This document shows, piece after piece, positions 28,187-38,874 of a stretch of 64,000 nt of DNA. The stretch lies in contig JALVYU010000026.1 in the NCBI GenBank assembly GCA_027022365.1, forward strand, positions 563,320 to 627,319, in the 5' to 3' direction. The DNA is from Desulfurococcales archaeon. GTDB taxonomy: Archaea; Thermoproteota; Thermoprotei_A; Sulfolobales; Desulfurococcaceae. Every line of letters starts with the position of its first letter. Position 1 is the stretch's first letter. A model generated the notes under the pieces. The model was not told the DNA's origin. It searched no databases and saw nothing but the letters and a program-made list of their open reading frames with translations. The position numbers and the translations under genes are program-made.

Positions 28187-28582
28187 ATGGTGGATCAATC
28201 CCAGATAAATGATTTAATCATAATCCTCAGAGATCTAGTTAAAGATTTCGACAAAATTATAGACCAAGCAAAACTAATAAAAGGAAAGGTTCTCGGAGGA
28301 GATTTTTCGCCCACAATTCATTTAGCCCATAGGGTATCGGTTCTCGTGAAAAAATACAAGGACGCAAGGAAGATACTTGATACTATCAATTTAAGCGATG
28401 TAGATGGTCTAAGTGAGAAGTATATACACACGTATCGATTATATCTTGAGACCGTCAGTATACCCTACATACGTGACCTCGTAATTGAGATCAAAGAAAT
28501 AATAGATATCAAGAGCGGTGGCCGTGGCAAGTACAGTGAAGTGCTTAAGGATCTTCTTTCAGAAATTAATGGTATTGTTTAA
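28187..28582 (+). CDS. Hypothetical helical protein
   Basis: 131-aa ORF starting 2 bp after the previous gene. Confidence 0.6.
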   Translation: MVDQSQINDLIIILRDLVKDFDKIIDQAKLIKGKVLGGDFSPTIHLAHRVSVLVKKYKDARKILDTINLSDVDGLSEKYIHTYRLYLETVSIPYIRDLVIEIKEIIDIKSGGRGKYSEVLKDLLSEINGIV

Positions 28583-28644
28583 GAAGACGCCCTATACTGT
28601 TCCAAGTATACCCACAGACTGATAGCATACCAAACAATCTGTTG

Positions 28645-30255
28645 TTACCTATAACGAGCTATTATTCTGATCACTTTACCCCATACATATCTAGACGAGA
28701 TCCCGACTATTTTTACAAGAGCACGCGCTCCATTCATAGATTCTTCAAGCCGATCTCTAATGAAAATTGTTGGACCATGCATGACAGGATATCCATACCA
28801 TTTCATGTTTTCCTTATTAAGAATAAGATAGGCTTCCACAAACTTGTTTAACAAATCCTTTTTCCTAGAATAATTGAATCGCTGAATACGTCTCTTGATC
28901 GCCGCGATTATGTCTCTGTATTTTTCGATCTGCGGCTTTAGGTTTTGGAAGGCCGTCCGAGGTAACGGGGTATATTTGTAAAGTGTAATTTTTTCAACGC
29001 CCGCATCTTCTAGTTTTTTGATAATGGCAAGCGTTTTTCTATATGTTTTAAAGCCTTGATACGGTAATCCGTACATCAAATAGACGTAAGGTCTTAGCCC
29101 ATGGCTCCTCAAAATTCTGCAAGCCAATACTACTCTCACAGGATCAGCGGGTTTTCCTATGAGCTCATTATACTCTTTATCACCAGTCTCAAGCCCAATA
29201 TGAATAGGTGTTCCTTTCAGATATCTTCCAAAGATTCTCGCGACTTTCGCATCGACCAAGCAGGCCTTGATGTTCTCAATGAAGATCTTTACTTTTCCAT
29301 GCCTAATCTCTTCTATTTCATGGAGGCGCGATAACAGTTTTTCAATAGCATCATAATTGGGCGGAGGATTACAAGGATCTGTTAGAGGCTGAGGGTATAC
29401 CAGTTCCTCTCTCATATAATCAAGGAAATCAGGAGCGCTAAGCACTATTCTTTCAGCACCGTTTGCAATAAGCTCCTCTACTTCAGAAACTATAGACTCT
29501 ATACTTCTTGATCGTGGAGGCCCAAATAGTGCTGGTACGCTGCAAAAACCACAACCGGGAGGGATATTCGCTGGACATTTGAGCCTCGCATTCAAAGGTC
29601 CTTTTACACAGATATTACAGTGGACACACCCAAGAATGTTTAGTCTGGGTCTCATATAATTGCTACATCCTCTAATGGTCTCAACATATATTCTAAGAAA
29701 CCATGGCCTATCATATGATAACCATATCTTTGTCCAGGGCCTCAATTTATCGAGTATATCTTTTGGTGTGTGAATGCCCAGGCTCGTAACCCTGATATAA
29801 CCCCTATATTTATATGCTAGGGCTGGTATCTTTGCTAGTTCTTCGGGCTCGTTAATAGTCTCTGGTCCTTTCTCTCCGAAAAGTTTTTGTAACGGTATTT
29901 CTCCCTCGCCAATGATTACAAGGTCTGCAAGTCCTTTCTCTAAGATAGTTTTATAATCATAAGAACCCGGGCCACCAACGATTATTTTTGCCTGACTATT
30001 GTGTCTTTTTATTAGTTCGCGTATTCTCCTTAATGCGCCAATGTCTTGTGACATAATAGAGATAAGCACGATAGGATAGTTTCTAACCGATTGTTTGTTC
30101 TCAAGGAGCTTCTCGTAGCTAAGCAAAAGCACGTTATACCCCAGCGATTCAAGTACCCCTGCCACAACTCTAGGACCTGCCCCGACTACATCGAATGTGG
30201 AGTATCTTCTCCCTCTAAACCTGGCTAGAGCATCAATAACTAAAATGCCTGTCAA
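28645..30255 (-). CDS. B12-binding-domain radical SAM protein with C-terminal TRAM-like domain
   Basis: IIVGGP..IGEGE, VETIRGC...PGCGFC, RSRSIESIVSEV, HIGLETG, YLMYGLP. Confidence 0.85.
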   Translation of the reverse strand: MTGILVIDALARFRGRRYSTFDVVGAGPRVVAGVLESLGYNVLLLSYEKLLENKQSVRNYPIVLISIMSQDIGALRRIRELIKRHNSQAKIIVGGPGSYDYKTILEKGLADLVIIGEGEIPLQKLFGEKGPETINEPEELAKIPALAYKYRGYIRVTSLGIHTPKDILDKLRPWTKIWLSYDRPWFLRIYVETIRGCSNYMRPRLNILGCVHCNICVKGPLNARLKCPANIPPGCGFCSVPALFGPPRSRSIESIVSEVEELIANGAERIVLSAPDFLDYMREELVYPQPLTDPCNPPPNYDAIEKLLSRLHEIEEIRHGKVKIFIENIKACLVDAKVARIFGRYLKGTPIHIGLETGDKEYNELIGKPADPVRVVLACRILRSHGLRPYVYLMYGLPYQGFKTYRKTLAIIKKLEDAGVEKITLYKYTPLPRTAFQNLKPQIEKYRDIIAAIKRRIQRFNYSRKKDLLNKFVEAYLILNKENMKWYGYPVMHGPTIFIRDRLEESMNGARALVKIVGISSRYVWGKVIRIIARYR

Positions 30256-30321
30256 AACGCTCTCCCGTATTTGTGTCTGGATATATCGGTTCTATGGGTA
30301 TCCCTTATATATCCCTGATAC

Positions 30322-31020
30322 TTGGATAATGTATTAAACGAGGTGTCATCCGTGGCAGAATATAATGCTAACGAGTCATTAGCGGAAATGCATATACACG
30401 AGAGTTTAACCAATTTAGCGAGGCTTGCAAGCGACGTATTCAGGTCATTCAACGAAATAGTCGTTAATATAAGAGAGAACACTGATTTTCAGAGACTCTA
30501 CACTAAGCTGCGAGGCCTCAAGGATAACGTTGAAGATAACAGGATAATGTTCATGGAATACCTAGTAAGACTCGGTGATGCTGTTACCAATCGTAGTATC
30601 TACATAGATTTAGCTCTAAAAATAGATCGTTCATCCCAGTTACTAGATGGTGCCTCATATAGATTAGCACTATATAGAACTAAAGGACTTAATATTGATG
30701 AAGAACTGTTTGGACTGTTAAAAGAGATCGCTGCAGCCCTTATAGCAGAATATGATAGTTTCTGTGACGGCTTATCAAAGCTGAGAATAGATCCTAAGAA
30801 AGCGCTTCAGAAGGTAAAAAGCATCAATGATTTAGAGAGTAAGATCGACGAGCTCTATAGACACACTACATTCACACTATACTCCAAGTATGCTGATAAC
30901 ATCGTGGGACTCATGGTTCTGAAAGACGCGGTTGATTTCATGGAGAATACAGCTGATACTATTAAGGAGCTTGGTGAGGATCTACGATACCTAGCACTAC
31001 AGAGAGCATTAATAGCTTAG
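30322..31020 (+). CDS. DUF47/PhoU-like helical protein
   Basis: INDLESKIDELYR and DFMENTADTI two-bundle pattern. Confidence 0.75.
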   Translation: MDNVLNEVSSVAEYNANESLAEMHIHESLTNLARLASDVFRSFNEIVVNIRENTDFQRLYTKLRGLKDNVEDNRIMFMEYLVRLGDAVTNRSIYIDLALKIDRSSQLLDGASYRLALYRTKGLNIDEELFGLLKEIAAALIAEYDSFCDGLSKLRIDPKKALQKVKSINDLESKIDELYRHTTFTLYSKYADNIVGLMVLKDAVDFMENTADTIKELGEDLRYLALQRALIA

Positions 31021-31052
31021 AAAACATTGAAAACATTAAGTGCAAGGGCTAT

Positions 31053-31577
31053 TTGCTCTACAACCGTGTGATTGTACCTGATTATGTATGTGCAAATATT
31101 CTTTACTGGGAGTTAGGCTACTATGGAACGTTTCTTGGTGTAGCCAAGCCTAAAGAGAAAAGTATTCGTTCACCGCTCGAGCTATCGATGTTAGAGGCAT
31201 TGTACCTCGCCGAGAATGGTGTTCTCGAAATATATTCTGGGGCTAGGAAGCTCAGTATAGAGGAGATAAAGGATTTCTCGACAAGAGCGATCCCAAGGTT
31301 CCACAGGCTATATGCTGTTTACAAGGATCTAAGGAGACGAGGCTTCGTAGTGAGAAGAGGACTAAAGTTTGGATGCGATTACCTAGTTTATCGTTTTGGT
31401 CCCGGTATAGACCATGCCCCGTATGGTGTCCATGTTTATGATTCGCGGGAGTCTATCGATCCGATAGAGATTGTTAGAATGGGTAGGTTGCTCCATAGTG
31501 TGAGGAAGAAACTCATCCTTGCCGTTACAGGTGAGGAAAATATAAGATACTTGCTGTTTACATGGTGGAAGCCATAA
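31053..31577 (+). CDS. endA: tRNA-splicing endonuclease, catalytic alpha subunit
   Basis: LELSMLEALYL, VYKDLRRRG, GLKFGCDYLVY..DHAPY, HSVRK (Y-H-K triad); crenarchaeal-specific loop GVAKPK. Confidence 0.93.
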   Translation: MLYNRVIVPDYVCANILYWELGYYGTFLGVAKPKEKSIRSPLELSMLEALYLAENGVLEIYSGARKLSIEEIKDFSTRAIPRFHRLYAVYKDLRRRGFVVRRGLKFGCDYLVYRFGPGIDHAPYGVHVYDSRESIDPIEIVRMGRLLHSVRKKLILAVTGEENIRYLLFTWWKP

Positions 31578-31668
31578 CATAGAGATAATTAATAATAGTC
31601 TCTCTACGAGATAATAGTATGGTGTCAAATATCGATGAGATCAAAGATGTACTGTGCCCCGATACTAG

Positions 31669-32085
31669 GTGAAAAAAGCATTGCCCAGGCAGTACAATCC
31701 ATACCATAGAGATTATCGACGACCATATAAACGTGAGGGGAGAGGCGAACAGTTCCATAGGCCTAGGCCAATCAGGCCCCAGTATCCGATGCCGCTAGGA
31801 ATACATTGTAATCCATTATGTCCGTTCTTCATATGCACTAAGAGAGCAAAAGTTGTAGTAAATAAGTCGTACAGGGGTAAAATCAAGAAGGTAGCTTATT
31901 GTAGGCTAACCGGAAGCGAGTGTATAGGCGCTGAGTGCAAATATGCTGCATGCAGGTTAAATTCGATGTTACCTGACGGGAAATGCGCGAAAGCACTCGA
32001 GAAAACACGTAAAGAAACAAGTGATGAAGAGTTATTCAGAGAAATGGAGGAAATAGAAGACTACGATATAGATGAGTTTAGATGA
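31669..32085 (+). CDS. Cys-rich hypothetical protein
   Basis: CNPLCPFFIC..CRLTGSECIGAECKYAAC..DGKC; basic N-terminus, acidic C-terminus. Confidence 0.7.
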   Translation: MKKALPRQYNPYHRDYRRPYKREGRGEQFHRPRPIRPQYPMPLGIHCNPLCPFFICTKRAKVVVNKSYRGKIKKVAYCRLTGSECIGAECKYAACRLNSMLPDGKCAKALEKTRKETSDEELFREMEEIEDYDIDEFR

Positions 32086-32657
32086 CCTCTCCAGCGACGA
32101 TAAATATTATGTTCAATACCAAGAACATCTAATATCTTGCCGACGATAAAGTCGATAAGGTCTTTTATCTCTACAGGTTTATGGTAAAAGGCAGGGGATG
32201 CTGGAAGAATAATTGCCCCCATTCTAGCTAATTTGGCGAGATTCTCCAGATCTATAAGGGATAAAGGTGTTTCTCGAAACACGATTACGAGTTTGCCCTT
32301 CATCCTCATAATAGATGAGGCTGTACGGAGCAACAGGTTATCTTGTATACCATGAGCTAGTTTTGCAACTGTATTAAGGCTACAGGGTACTATGATCATG
32401 TCGTGATCGATTAGATTACTCGAGCTTGCCAGTATAGAGTCCATATCATCCTCGCCGAAAACATCGATCCCTCGTCTCAGTGCTATTGTAGAAATTGTTG
32501 TACCTATCTCGTGCTCAGCGATTTTTCGGGCGAATCTGGTCTCGATAACATATATCCTCTCATAGTATTTCCTCAACAGATCAATATTGTTTAGGAGAGC
32601 ATACGTGTAAACTACTCCGCTAGCGCCGCTAACGCCTATAACCAAGCCTTTTCTCAA
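32061..32657 (-). CDS. ubiX: Flavin prenyltransferase UbiX
   Basis: GVSGASG, IVPCSLNT..GIQDNLL, RETPLS, LPASPAFYHKP. Confidence 0.93.
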   Translation of the reverse strand: MRKGLVIGVSGASGVVYTYALLNNIDLLRKYYERIYVIETRFARKIAEHEIGTTISTIALRRGIDVFGEDDMDSILASSSNLIDHDMIIVPCSLNTVAKLAHGIQDNLLLRTASSIMRMKGKLVIVFRETPLSLIDLENLAKLARMGAIILPASPAFYHKPVEIKDLIDFIVGKILDVLGIEHNIYRRWRGHLNSSIS

Positions 32658-32684
32658 AATTCAGCCACCTAAACATTGGGTGAG

Positions 32685-32746
32685 ATGATCAGACCTGCGC
32701 GGGCTCATCATGCTTTAGTCTCAGCCCTTTCGAGCTACATCATTTC
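32685..32746 (-). ncRNA. C/D-box guide sRNA
   Basis: Minus strand: C ATGATGT - 12-nt guide AGCTCGAAAGGG - D' CTGA - C' ATGATGA - 12-nt guide GCCCGCGCAGGT - D CTGA; intergenic. Confidence 0.88.
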
Positions 32747-32790
32747 TATGATTTGGTATTATTCGGGTGTATTCTTATATTATTGACTAG

Positions 32791-33090
32791 GTGGATGTTA
32801 TGGGCTGGATTAATAGAGAAAAACTCGATAAATTCGTGTTTAAGCTGCTTGGACGGGGCATCTATGTCTCGCGCCACTCGTATAGCTATAGAATAATGTA
32901 TGACGAGCACATGGTTCTAGGAGTCCATGTTTATCCCGGGTATAACGAGATCTGTATAAGGGTCTACGTCGATTCAGGCGGTAAACTATGCAATAAGGTG
33001 TTATCAACGGTTTTGTCTACTATAAAAGAAGTTTTCCCTGGCTATAAGATCAATATAAGGGAGTATAGGTCAGTAATTCACGGGGGATAG
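32791..33090 (+). CDS. Hypothetical protein
   Basis: 99-aa ORF ending 3 bp before the KaiC-like gene. Confidence 0.65.
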   Translation: MDVMGWINREKLDKFVFKLLGRGIYVSRHSYSYRIMYDEHMVLGVHVYPGYNEICIRVYVDSGGKLCNKVLSTVLSTIKEVFPGYKINIREYRSVIHGG

Positions 33091-33093
33091 CTA

Positions 33094-33918
33094 ATGATCG
33101 AGAGGCTATCTACAGGTATATCCGAGATAGACAGGATGCTTAAGGGAGGCATACCCCGGGGCTTCACAATAGCGGTTGTTGGTGAGCCGGGTACAGGTAA
33201 GACAATATTCTCTTTGCACTTCATAGCTGCTGGTATAAAGAATGGTGAGAAAGGCATATACGTGACTACCGAGGAATCACGTGAAAGTGTTATCAGACAA
33301 GCAGAGATGTTCGGCTTCAAGTTTAGAGATGCTGTGCGTAGAGGAGAACTAATAATCATCGATGCACTAATGGGTGAACACGGTGATCCTTGGAGTCTGA
33401 GAGAGCTCACTGTGGAAGAGCTTATATCGAAGATAATGGATGCTAAAAGGACTCTAGGCTATGGACACGCAAGACTCGTGATAGATTCCATGAGCGCCTT
33501 CTGGCTAGATAAACCAGCTATGGCTAGAAAGTACAGTTATGTCATAAAACGCAGACTCTCAAAATGGGATCTAACAATGATATTGACAAGCCAATACGCT
33601 GTAACGACAAGTCTAGGGTTCGGATTCGGCATAGAGCATGTTGCTGATGGAATAATCAGGTTCAGAAAGAAAATAGTGGGCGGGTACCTCAGAAGATTTC
33701 TGATCATTGAGAAAATGAGACAAACAGACCATGATAAGAGGGTCTATGAGATTGATATCGTTGACGGTAAGGGCATCATTGTCAAAGGTCCATATAACGC
33801 TACGAGAGAAGATATTATGATACCATCATCGATAATCAGAAAAATCATACAAGCACAACTCAAAAAAGAGCAAGAACTCTTATCGGCAGATATCGAGGAA
33901 CTAGACGATAATGTTTAG
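33094..33918 (+). CDS. KaiC-like/RecA-superfamily single-domain ATPase
   Basis: RLSTGI..GGIP, GEPGTGKT, TTEES, LVIDS, EHVADGII, EKMR. Confidence 0.92.
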   Translation: MIERLSTGISEIDRMLKGGIPRGFTIAVVGEPGTGKTIFSLHFIAAGIKNGEKGIYVTTEESRESVIRQAEMFGFKFRDAVRRGELIIIDALMGEHGDPWSLRELTVEELISKIMDAKRTLGYGHARLVIDSMSAFWLDKPAMARKYSYVIKRRLSKWDLTMILTSQYAVTTSLGFGFGIEHVADGIIRFRKKIVGGYLRRFLIIEKMRQTDHDKRVYEIDIVDGKGIIVKGPYNATREDIMIPSSIIRKIIQAQLKKEQELLSADIEELDDNV

Positions 33919-36351
33919 GTCATAGTCTGTCTCTTTTATTCCAGGCTCATAAGCGGTAGGATCTAGCTTCGTGAGAAATCTGAAGTAACGACATGCTATA
34001 TCATGGGCGAATGCATGGAGGTCTTTTAGAAGAACGCTGTACTGTTCCCGCAGTTCTTCCCATGTCCTGCCCTGCAGTGCCTTACCAATTAGGATTACTT
34101 CGCGGATCTTGGATAGCTCGGGCCTCTTATCTTTCGGAACGAGCCAATGTATCTTTGCGATCTTATTCATTAGGTCCGCAGCAGCCTCAAAAGTCATTGG
34201 CCCCATGCAATAAACCCATAGACGCTCGAGCTGTACAGGCGAGAAGATATGTTTAGGGATAACATCGAGTATTGGTTCGCCGGAGGAGAGGAGCTGTAAT
34301 GCAACCTCTATTTCCATATCCTGATAATTTATCGGTAAACTATCAAGTAGTTTCAGTTTGAACTCCTTATTAGCCATAGTAACCATTTTCTCGGCTTCAC
34401 TGCTTATCGGCTTGATTACTAGTAGTGTGTATTCTCCGCTTACAGGATTACGGTCGGGGCTTATATGAACTGGTATGAAACCGTTCTTGATCCAGAACCT
34501 GAGGAGCTCGGGGTTAACGCCGAATCCTGCTGCAATCCAGTCGTATCCTTTTTCTCTAGCCTCTTTCTCGACTTTTTCTAGGCCCCAACTCCCTATTCCT
34601 TTTCCCTGTACATCTGGATGCGTTGCTATTCGCACTATCCTCAGGCCGAAGAGTTTTGCGAAATCTATGTATCTAGCGTGTTTCAGGAACCTGTCGGGGA
34701 TTATGTTGCCAGGTATTTTTCCTCCTTTAAGTAGCTCTTTGGCTAGTTCCTCATCTATTCTGCCCTCATATGCTATCTGTAGTGCGCAGACTATCTTTCC
34801 GTGTCTAGTCTTCACTGCTCTGACGATATGGTGCGGCGCATCAGCGATCATTCCTAGGTCGTCCGGCTCGTTTCTGTAGTGGGCTAGAACATATATTCCG
34901 AATAGTTGGCGGAGCTCGTTCTCTCCTTCCTTGCTGAAGAGGTAAGCGGGATCATACTCTACATATATGAGATCCTTGTTCTTTATGTCTTCGAGATCCT
35001 CTTGTGTAAGCTCTGCCGGTTCAGCGTCCAGTAGGAGAGTTTTGAACTGCCACTTCTCGATGGGGTCGTCGGCGCTGTATCGTATAGGTTCCGTCATCTC
35101 GTATTTGTACAGTATGGTTTTCTTGTCTTCTTCGAGTTTCTTTAGGAATCTTACACTGAAGCCTCGCCCGGCTCCTTCATAACCGTGTATTGTTGTTGAA
35201 AAGACGAGCCTGTTGTGCGCCCGCCATATCCTGTGTAGCATTGGGACAGGTATTCCAGCAGCCTCATCTACTATTACTATGTCTCCACGTATTCTGGGTA
35301 TGTTTATCGGTTCCCAGTACTCTATGCTAAACCGTTCTCCTCTGAGTTCGATCACGTTACCCTCCCGCTTTATCACCTTGTACTCGTAGCCTAGCGCGTC
35401 AAGAACTGTGCGGGCCAGCATCATCAAGCTTTGTACATTGCTGGGCCTCGGCGCGGTTATGAGGATTCTCGGCTTAGGCTTCACTTTCTTCAGCACATGG
35501 ATTAATCCGACAGCACCTATTCCTACTGCACATGATTTACCCCTCCCTCTATCAGCAGTGATCACAATTACCCTTTTCCTTCCGTGTTTCGGTTTTTCGT
35601 AGAGTTGCTCCATGAGCTTGATTACTTCTACCTGATCCTGTGTAAGAGCTTTCTCATACACTATTTTTGGGAATAATGTCTTCTGAGGAAGAGATATTTT
35701 CTTAGTGCCTCTAGCCTGGCCTGGAGGCTTAGAGTACTTCTTAATGGTTTTCCTGGCATCAACATCGTATATTCCTATGCCTTCGAATTCGAGAAGCTTC
35801 TCTTTCACCCATTTAATGAATATATGTCTAGGTTCGGGAAACTGTGGGACAGTAAGGTTTCTCTTGAATATAGTCAGTATGTTATCCCATTTCTTCCATG
35901 GCGGGACGAGAAGTATTATGAGGCCGCCGCCTTCCACTATCCCGATTAGTCTTCCGAGATCATTTGGCTTTAGATCTTTTGTCAGATCCATGACTAGGAA
36001 CGAGAATGTCGAGCCGAGGTATTTCTCGCTGACCTCGTAGACAGCATACTTAAAGATCGTGTATTTTGATTTTTCTAGAATGCTCTCTTCAAATACTTGT
36101 TTCTGTAGAACAGCATCGTCGAATTCGTCGTGGAATACGTAGAGCCCCCTATACTGTTTTTGCTTATCGTGTTTGTGGCGCTGCTTCTCATAATACGTTA
36201 TGGTCTTTGCCGCGAATAAACCGAGTTTCTCCGAATCACTGCCGGATAATACAATCATAGCTCTGTACCTGTTCTGTACCAAGAAACCAGCGCTTTTCCC
36301 TAAGTCGCGTAGGAATCTCGTAAATGATGATGGAAATTTCGTTGAGGTCAT
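33901..36351 (-). CDS. tmcA: RNA cytidine acetyltransferase TmcA/Nat10
   Basis: ADRGRGKS, VDEAA, TTIHGYEGAGRGF, AHYRNEPDDL, RIVRIATHPDVQGKGIG. Confidence 0.95.
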   Translation of the reverse strand: MTSTKFPSSFTRFLRDLGKSAGFLVQNRYRAMIVLSGSDSEKLGLFAAKTITYYEKQRHKHDKQKQYRGLYVFHDEFDDAVLQKQVFEESILEKSKYTIFKYAVYEVSEKYLGSTFSFLVMDLTKDLKPNDLGRLIGIVEGGGLIILLVPPWKKWDNILTIFKRNLTVPQFPEPRHIFIKWVKEKLLEFEGIGIYDVDARKTIKKYSKPPGQARGTKKISLPQKTLFPKIVYEKALTQDQVEVIKLMEQLYEKPKHGRKRVIVITADRGRGKSCAVGIGAVGLIHVLKKVKPKPRILITAPRPSNVQSLMMLARTVLDALGYEYKVIKREGNVIELRGERFSIEYWEPINIPRIRGDIVIVDEAAGIPVPMLHRIWRAHNRLVFSTTIHGYEGAGRGFSVRFLKKLEEDKKTILYKYEMTEPIRYSADDPIEKWQFKTLLLDAEPAELTQEDLEDIKNKDLIYVEYDPAYLFSKEGENELRQLFGIYVLAHYRNEPDDLGMIADAPHHIVRAVKTRHGKIVCALQIAYEGRIDEELAKELLKGGKIPGNIIPDRFLKHARYIDFAKLFGLRIVRIATHPDVQGKGIGSWGLEKVEKEAREKGYDWIAAGFGVNPELLRFWIKNGFIPVHISPDRNPVSGEYTLLVIKPISSEAEKMVTMANKEFKLKLLDSLPINYQDMEIEVALQLLSSGEPILDVIPKHIFSPVQLERLWVYCMGPMTFEAAADLMNKIAKIHWLVPKDKRPELSKIREVILIGKALQGRTWEELREQYSVLLKDLHAFAHDIACRYFRFLTKLDPTAYEPGIKETDYDLNIIV

Positions 36352-36470
36352 TATAAGTACACCATAAGCACACTGTTTCCTATTTATCTTGTTTTCTGTT
36401 TATAGCGCTGATAATGTATGGGTTGGGTGGAAAAATAAGGATTCGAGTTTAGGTTGTCGTATAAAAAATC

Positions 36471-38663
36471 TTAGCCCACGATCATACGTTTCAGTTCTCT
36501 AGCCATCTTCTCGTATCTCTCGATGTCCTCCTTGGTAAGGCTTGGCGGCACTATTTTCAATGCCTTGAGGAAGTGTTTCATCTGTACTGGCCTCACCTTG
36601 AATTCTTCGCGTAGAGCGATTATTGCTGCTTCTCTACAGACAGCTGCTATATCAGCGCCTGTGTATCCTTCAGTCATTTTGGCAAGTTCTTCGAGATTGA
36701 CGTCATCTGCCAGCGGCATCTTCCGCGTGTGCACCTTGAAGATCTCCAGCCTGGCTTTGAAGTCTGGCGGTGGTACGTAGATGAGTCTATCGAATCTTCC
36801 TGGTCTGAGAAGTGCCGGATCGACTATGTCGGGCCTGTTGGTAGCGGCTATTACTACGACTCTTCTGAGAGGCTCTATTCCGTCTAGCTCTGTTAGTAGC
36901 TGGTTAACTATTCTGTCCGTCACACCACTGGTGTCGTGTCTGTAGCCTCTTGCTGGCGCTATACTATCTATCTCATCGAAGAATATGATCGCTGGTGCTA
37001 CTTGGCGTGCTCTCCTGAATATTTGTCTTATCGCTTTCTCTGATTCTCCTACCCATTTGCTTAGGATTTCGGGCCCTCTTACTGCTATGAAGTTGGCGCC
37101 GCTCTCGGTGGCGACAGCCTTAGCCAACAAAGTCTTACCAGTACCCGGCGGTCCGAACAATAATATGCCTTTAGGCGGCTCAATACCCATTTCTTCGAAT
37201 ACCTTGGGGTTCTTCATGGGCCATTCAACGGCTTCTCTTAATTGTTGCTTCACGTTCTCCAAGCCGCCGATGTCGTCCCAGTGTACCTCGGGGACTTCTA
37301 CATAGATCTCTCTGATCAAGGTTGGCTGTACGTATTTGAGTGCTTCTAGGAAGTCACTCATCTTGACCTTTAGTTTTCTTAGCTTATCGGGTGGTATCGG
37401 CTGGCTGATATCGATCTTTCCTTCTTTCATGAATCTTCTTAGTGCTGCTAGTGCTGCTTCTTTGACCAATGCTGCTAAGTCCGCTCCTGTGTATCCATGG
37501 GTCATCTCGGCTATCTTATTGAGGTCAACGTCGTCGTCTAGTGGCATGTTCCTGGTATGTACGGCCAATATTTCTCTTCTAGCCCTCTTGTCGGGTGGAG
37601 GTATCTCGATTTCACGGTCGAATCTGCCCGGCCTTCTCAGCGCGGGGTCGAGGGCGTCCGGCCTGTTAGTTGCTCCTATAACGATTACTTTGCCCCGCTC
37701 CTTTAGTCCATCCATTAGTGTTAGTAGCTGTGATACAACTCTCTTCTCTACTTCTCCCGTAACTTCTTCTCTCTTCGGCGCTATGCTATCTATCTCGTCG
37801 ATGAAGATTATTGCTGGAGCGTTCTCCTCGGCTTCCTTGAATATTTCTCTTAGCCTCTGCTCCGACTCGCCATAGAACTTGCTCATTATCTCTGGTCCAT
37901 TGATCACTATGAAGTACGCTCCTATCTCGTTTGCTAGTGCCTTCGCTAATAGTGTTTTACCGGTACCTGGTGGTCCGTATAGCAGTATGCCTTTAGGTGG
38001 CTCGATGCCGAGGTGTTTGAATAGCTCTGGGTGTTTGAGTGGTAGCTCTACTATCTCTCTTATTTTCTGCTTGGCCTCTTCGAGATCTCCTATGTCCTCC
38101 CATGTGACCTTGGGGATTCTCTTGGCTCTTTCAATCACTTCCTTCTGAACAGGCTCTTCCTTGATCTCTATCTCGGTGGAATCGGTAACGTATACCCTGT
38201 AGCTTGGCTGCGTCGATACGACTACTAGCTTTATGGTTGCTCCAAATACTGGTATGATTATTTCTTCTCCACGGCTGATTGGCTTCCTTATAAGGAACTG
38301 TTTAACGTATTCGACGAAGTCCGGTCCGAACCTTATCGGCTCAGTTGGTGCTAACACGACCCTTGTGGCTGGCTCTACTCTGGTCTTTCTGACAGTTACT
38401 ATGTCGCCTACACCAACACCTATTGCTGCTCTCATATAGCCATCTATCCTAATGGCTTCTTTCCCTTCGTCTTCCGGATATGCTGGCCATACTTGTGCAA
38501 TAATACTCCCCTTAGGCCCCGTGATCTCAATGAAATCGCCCGTCGATACGCCGAGCTTCTGCATAGTTCTTCTACTAATCCTAGCGATCTTTCTGCCCAC
38601 ATCTCTTTGTCTCGCTTCCATGACTCTTAGTCTTACTTCTTTTTCCCCGGCCATTCTGAACAC
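36471..38663 (-). CDS. cdc48: CDC48/VCP (VAT) AAA+ ATPase
   Basis: N domain plus two AAA modules ([20 protein letters not shown]). Confidence 0.97.
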   Translation of the reverse strand: MFRMAGEKEVRLRVMEARQRDVGRKIARISRRTMQKLGVSTGDFIEITGPKGSIIAQVWPAYPEDEGKEAIRIDGYMRAAIGVGVGDIVTVRKTRVEPATRVVLAPTEPIRFGPDFVEYVKQFLIRKPISRGEEIIIPVFGATIKLVVVSTQPSYRVYVTDSTEIEIKEEPVQKEVIERAKRIPKVTWEDIGDLEEAKQKIREIVELPLKHPELFKHLGIEPPKGILLYGPPGTGKTLLAKALANEIGAYFIVINGPEIMSKFYGESEQRLREIFKEAEENAPAIIFIDEIDSIAPKREEVTGEVEKRVVSQLLTLMDGLKERGKVIVIGATNRPDALDPALRRPGRFDREIEIPPPDKRARREILAVHTRNMPLDDDVDLNKIAEMTHGYTGADLAALVKEAALAALRRFMKEGKIDISQPIPPDKLRKLKVKMSDFLEALKYVQPTLIREIYVEVPEVHWDDIGGLENVKQQLREAVEWPMKNPKVFEEMGIEPPKGILLFGPPGTGKTLLAKAVATESGANFIAVRGPEILSKWVGESEKAIRQIFRRARQVAPAIIFFDEIDSIAPARGYRHDTSGVTDRIVNQLLTELDGIEPLRRVVVIAATNRPDIVDPALLRPGRFDRLIYVPPPDFKARLEIFKVHTRKMPLADDVNLEELAKMTEGYTGADIAAVCREAAIIALREEFKVRPVQMKHFLKALKIVPPSLTKEDIERYEKMARELKRMIVG

Positions 38664-38874
38664 CTCATACGGAAACCTCCTTCTGTATTATTTTATAGAA
38701 CCATTCCTATTATTGTAATACTATACCTCTTTATATAATCTTGTCTCATAGTATGAAACATTATTATGATATTTGGAAAACGACTAAATAACACCTATAA
38801 GAGTACAATATACATGAGAGAAGTATATAATTGATTAAAAGTATAAGGTAAAAACGAAAAATAGGGGTGATACT

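Noticed and set aside
36523-38718. Chain of antisense ORFs over cdc48 (also over tmcA, the gcv genes and the nad genes)
   Set aside because: Shadow ORFs caused by codon bias of the real genes
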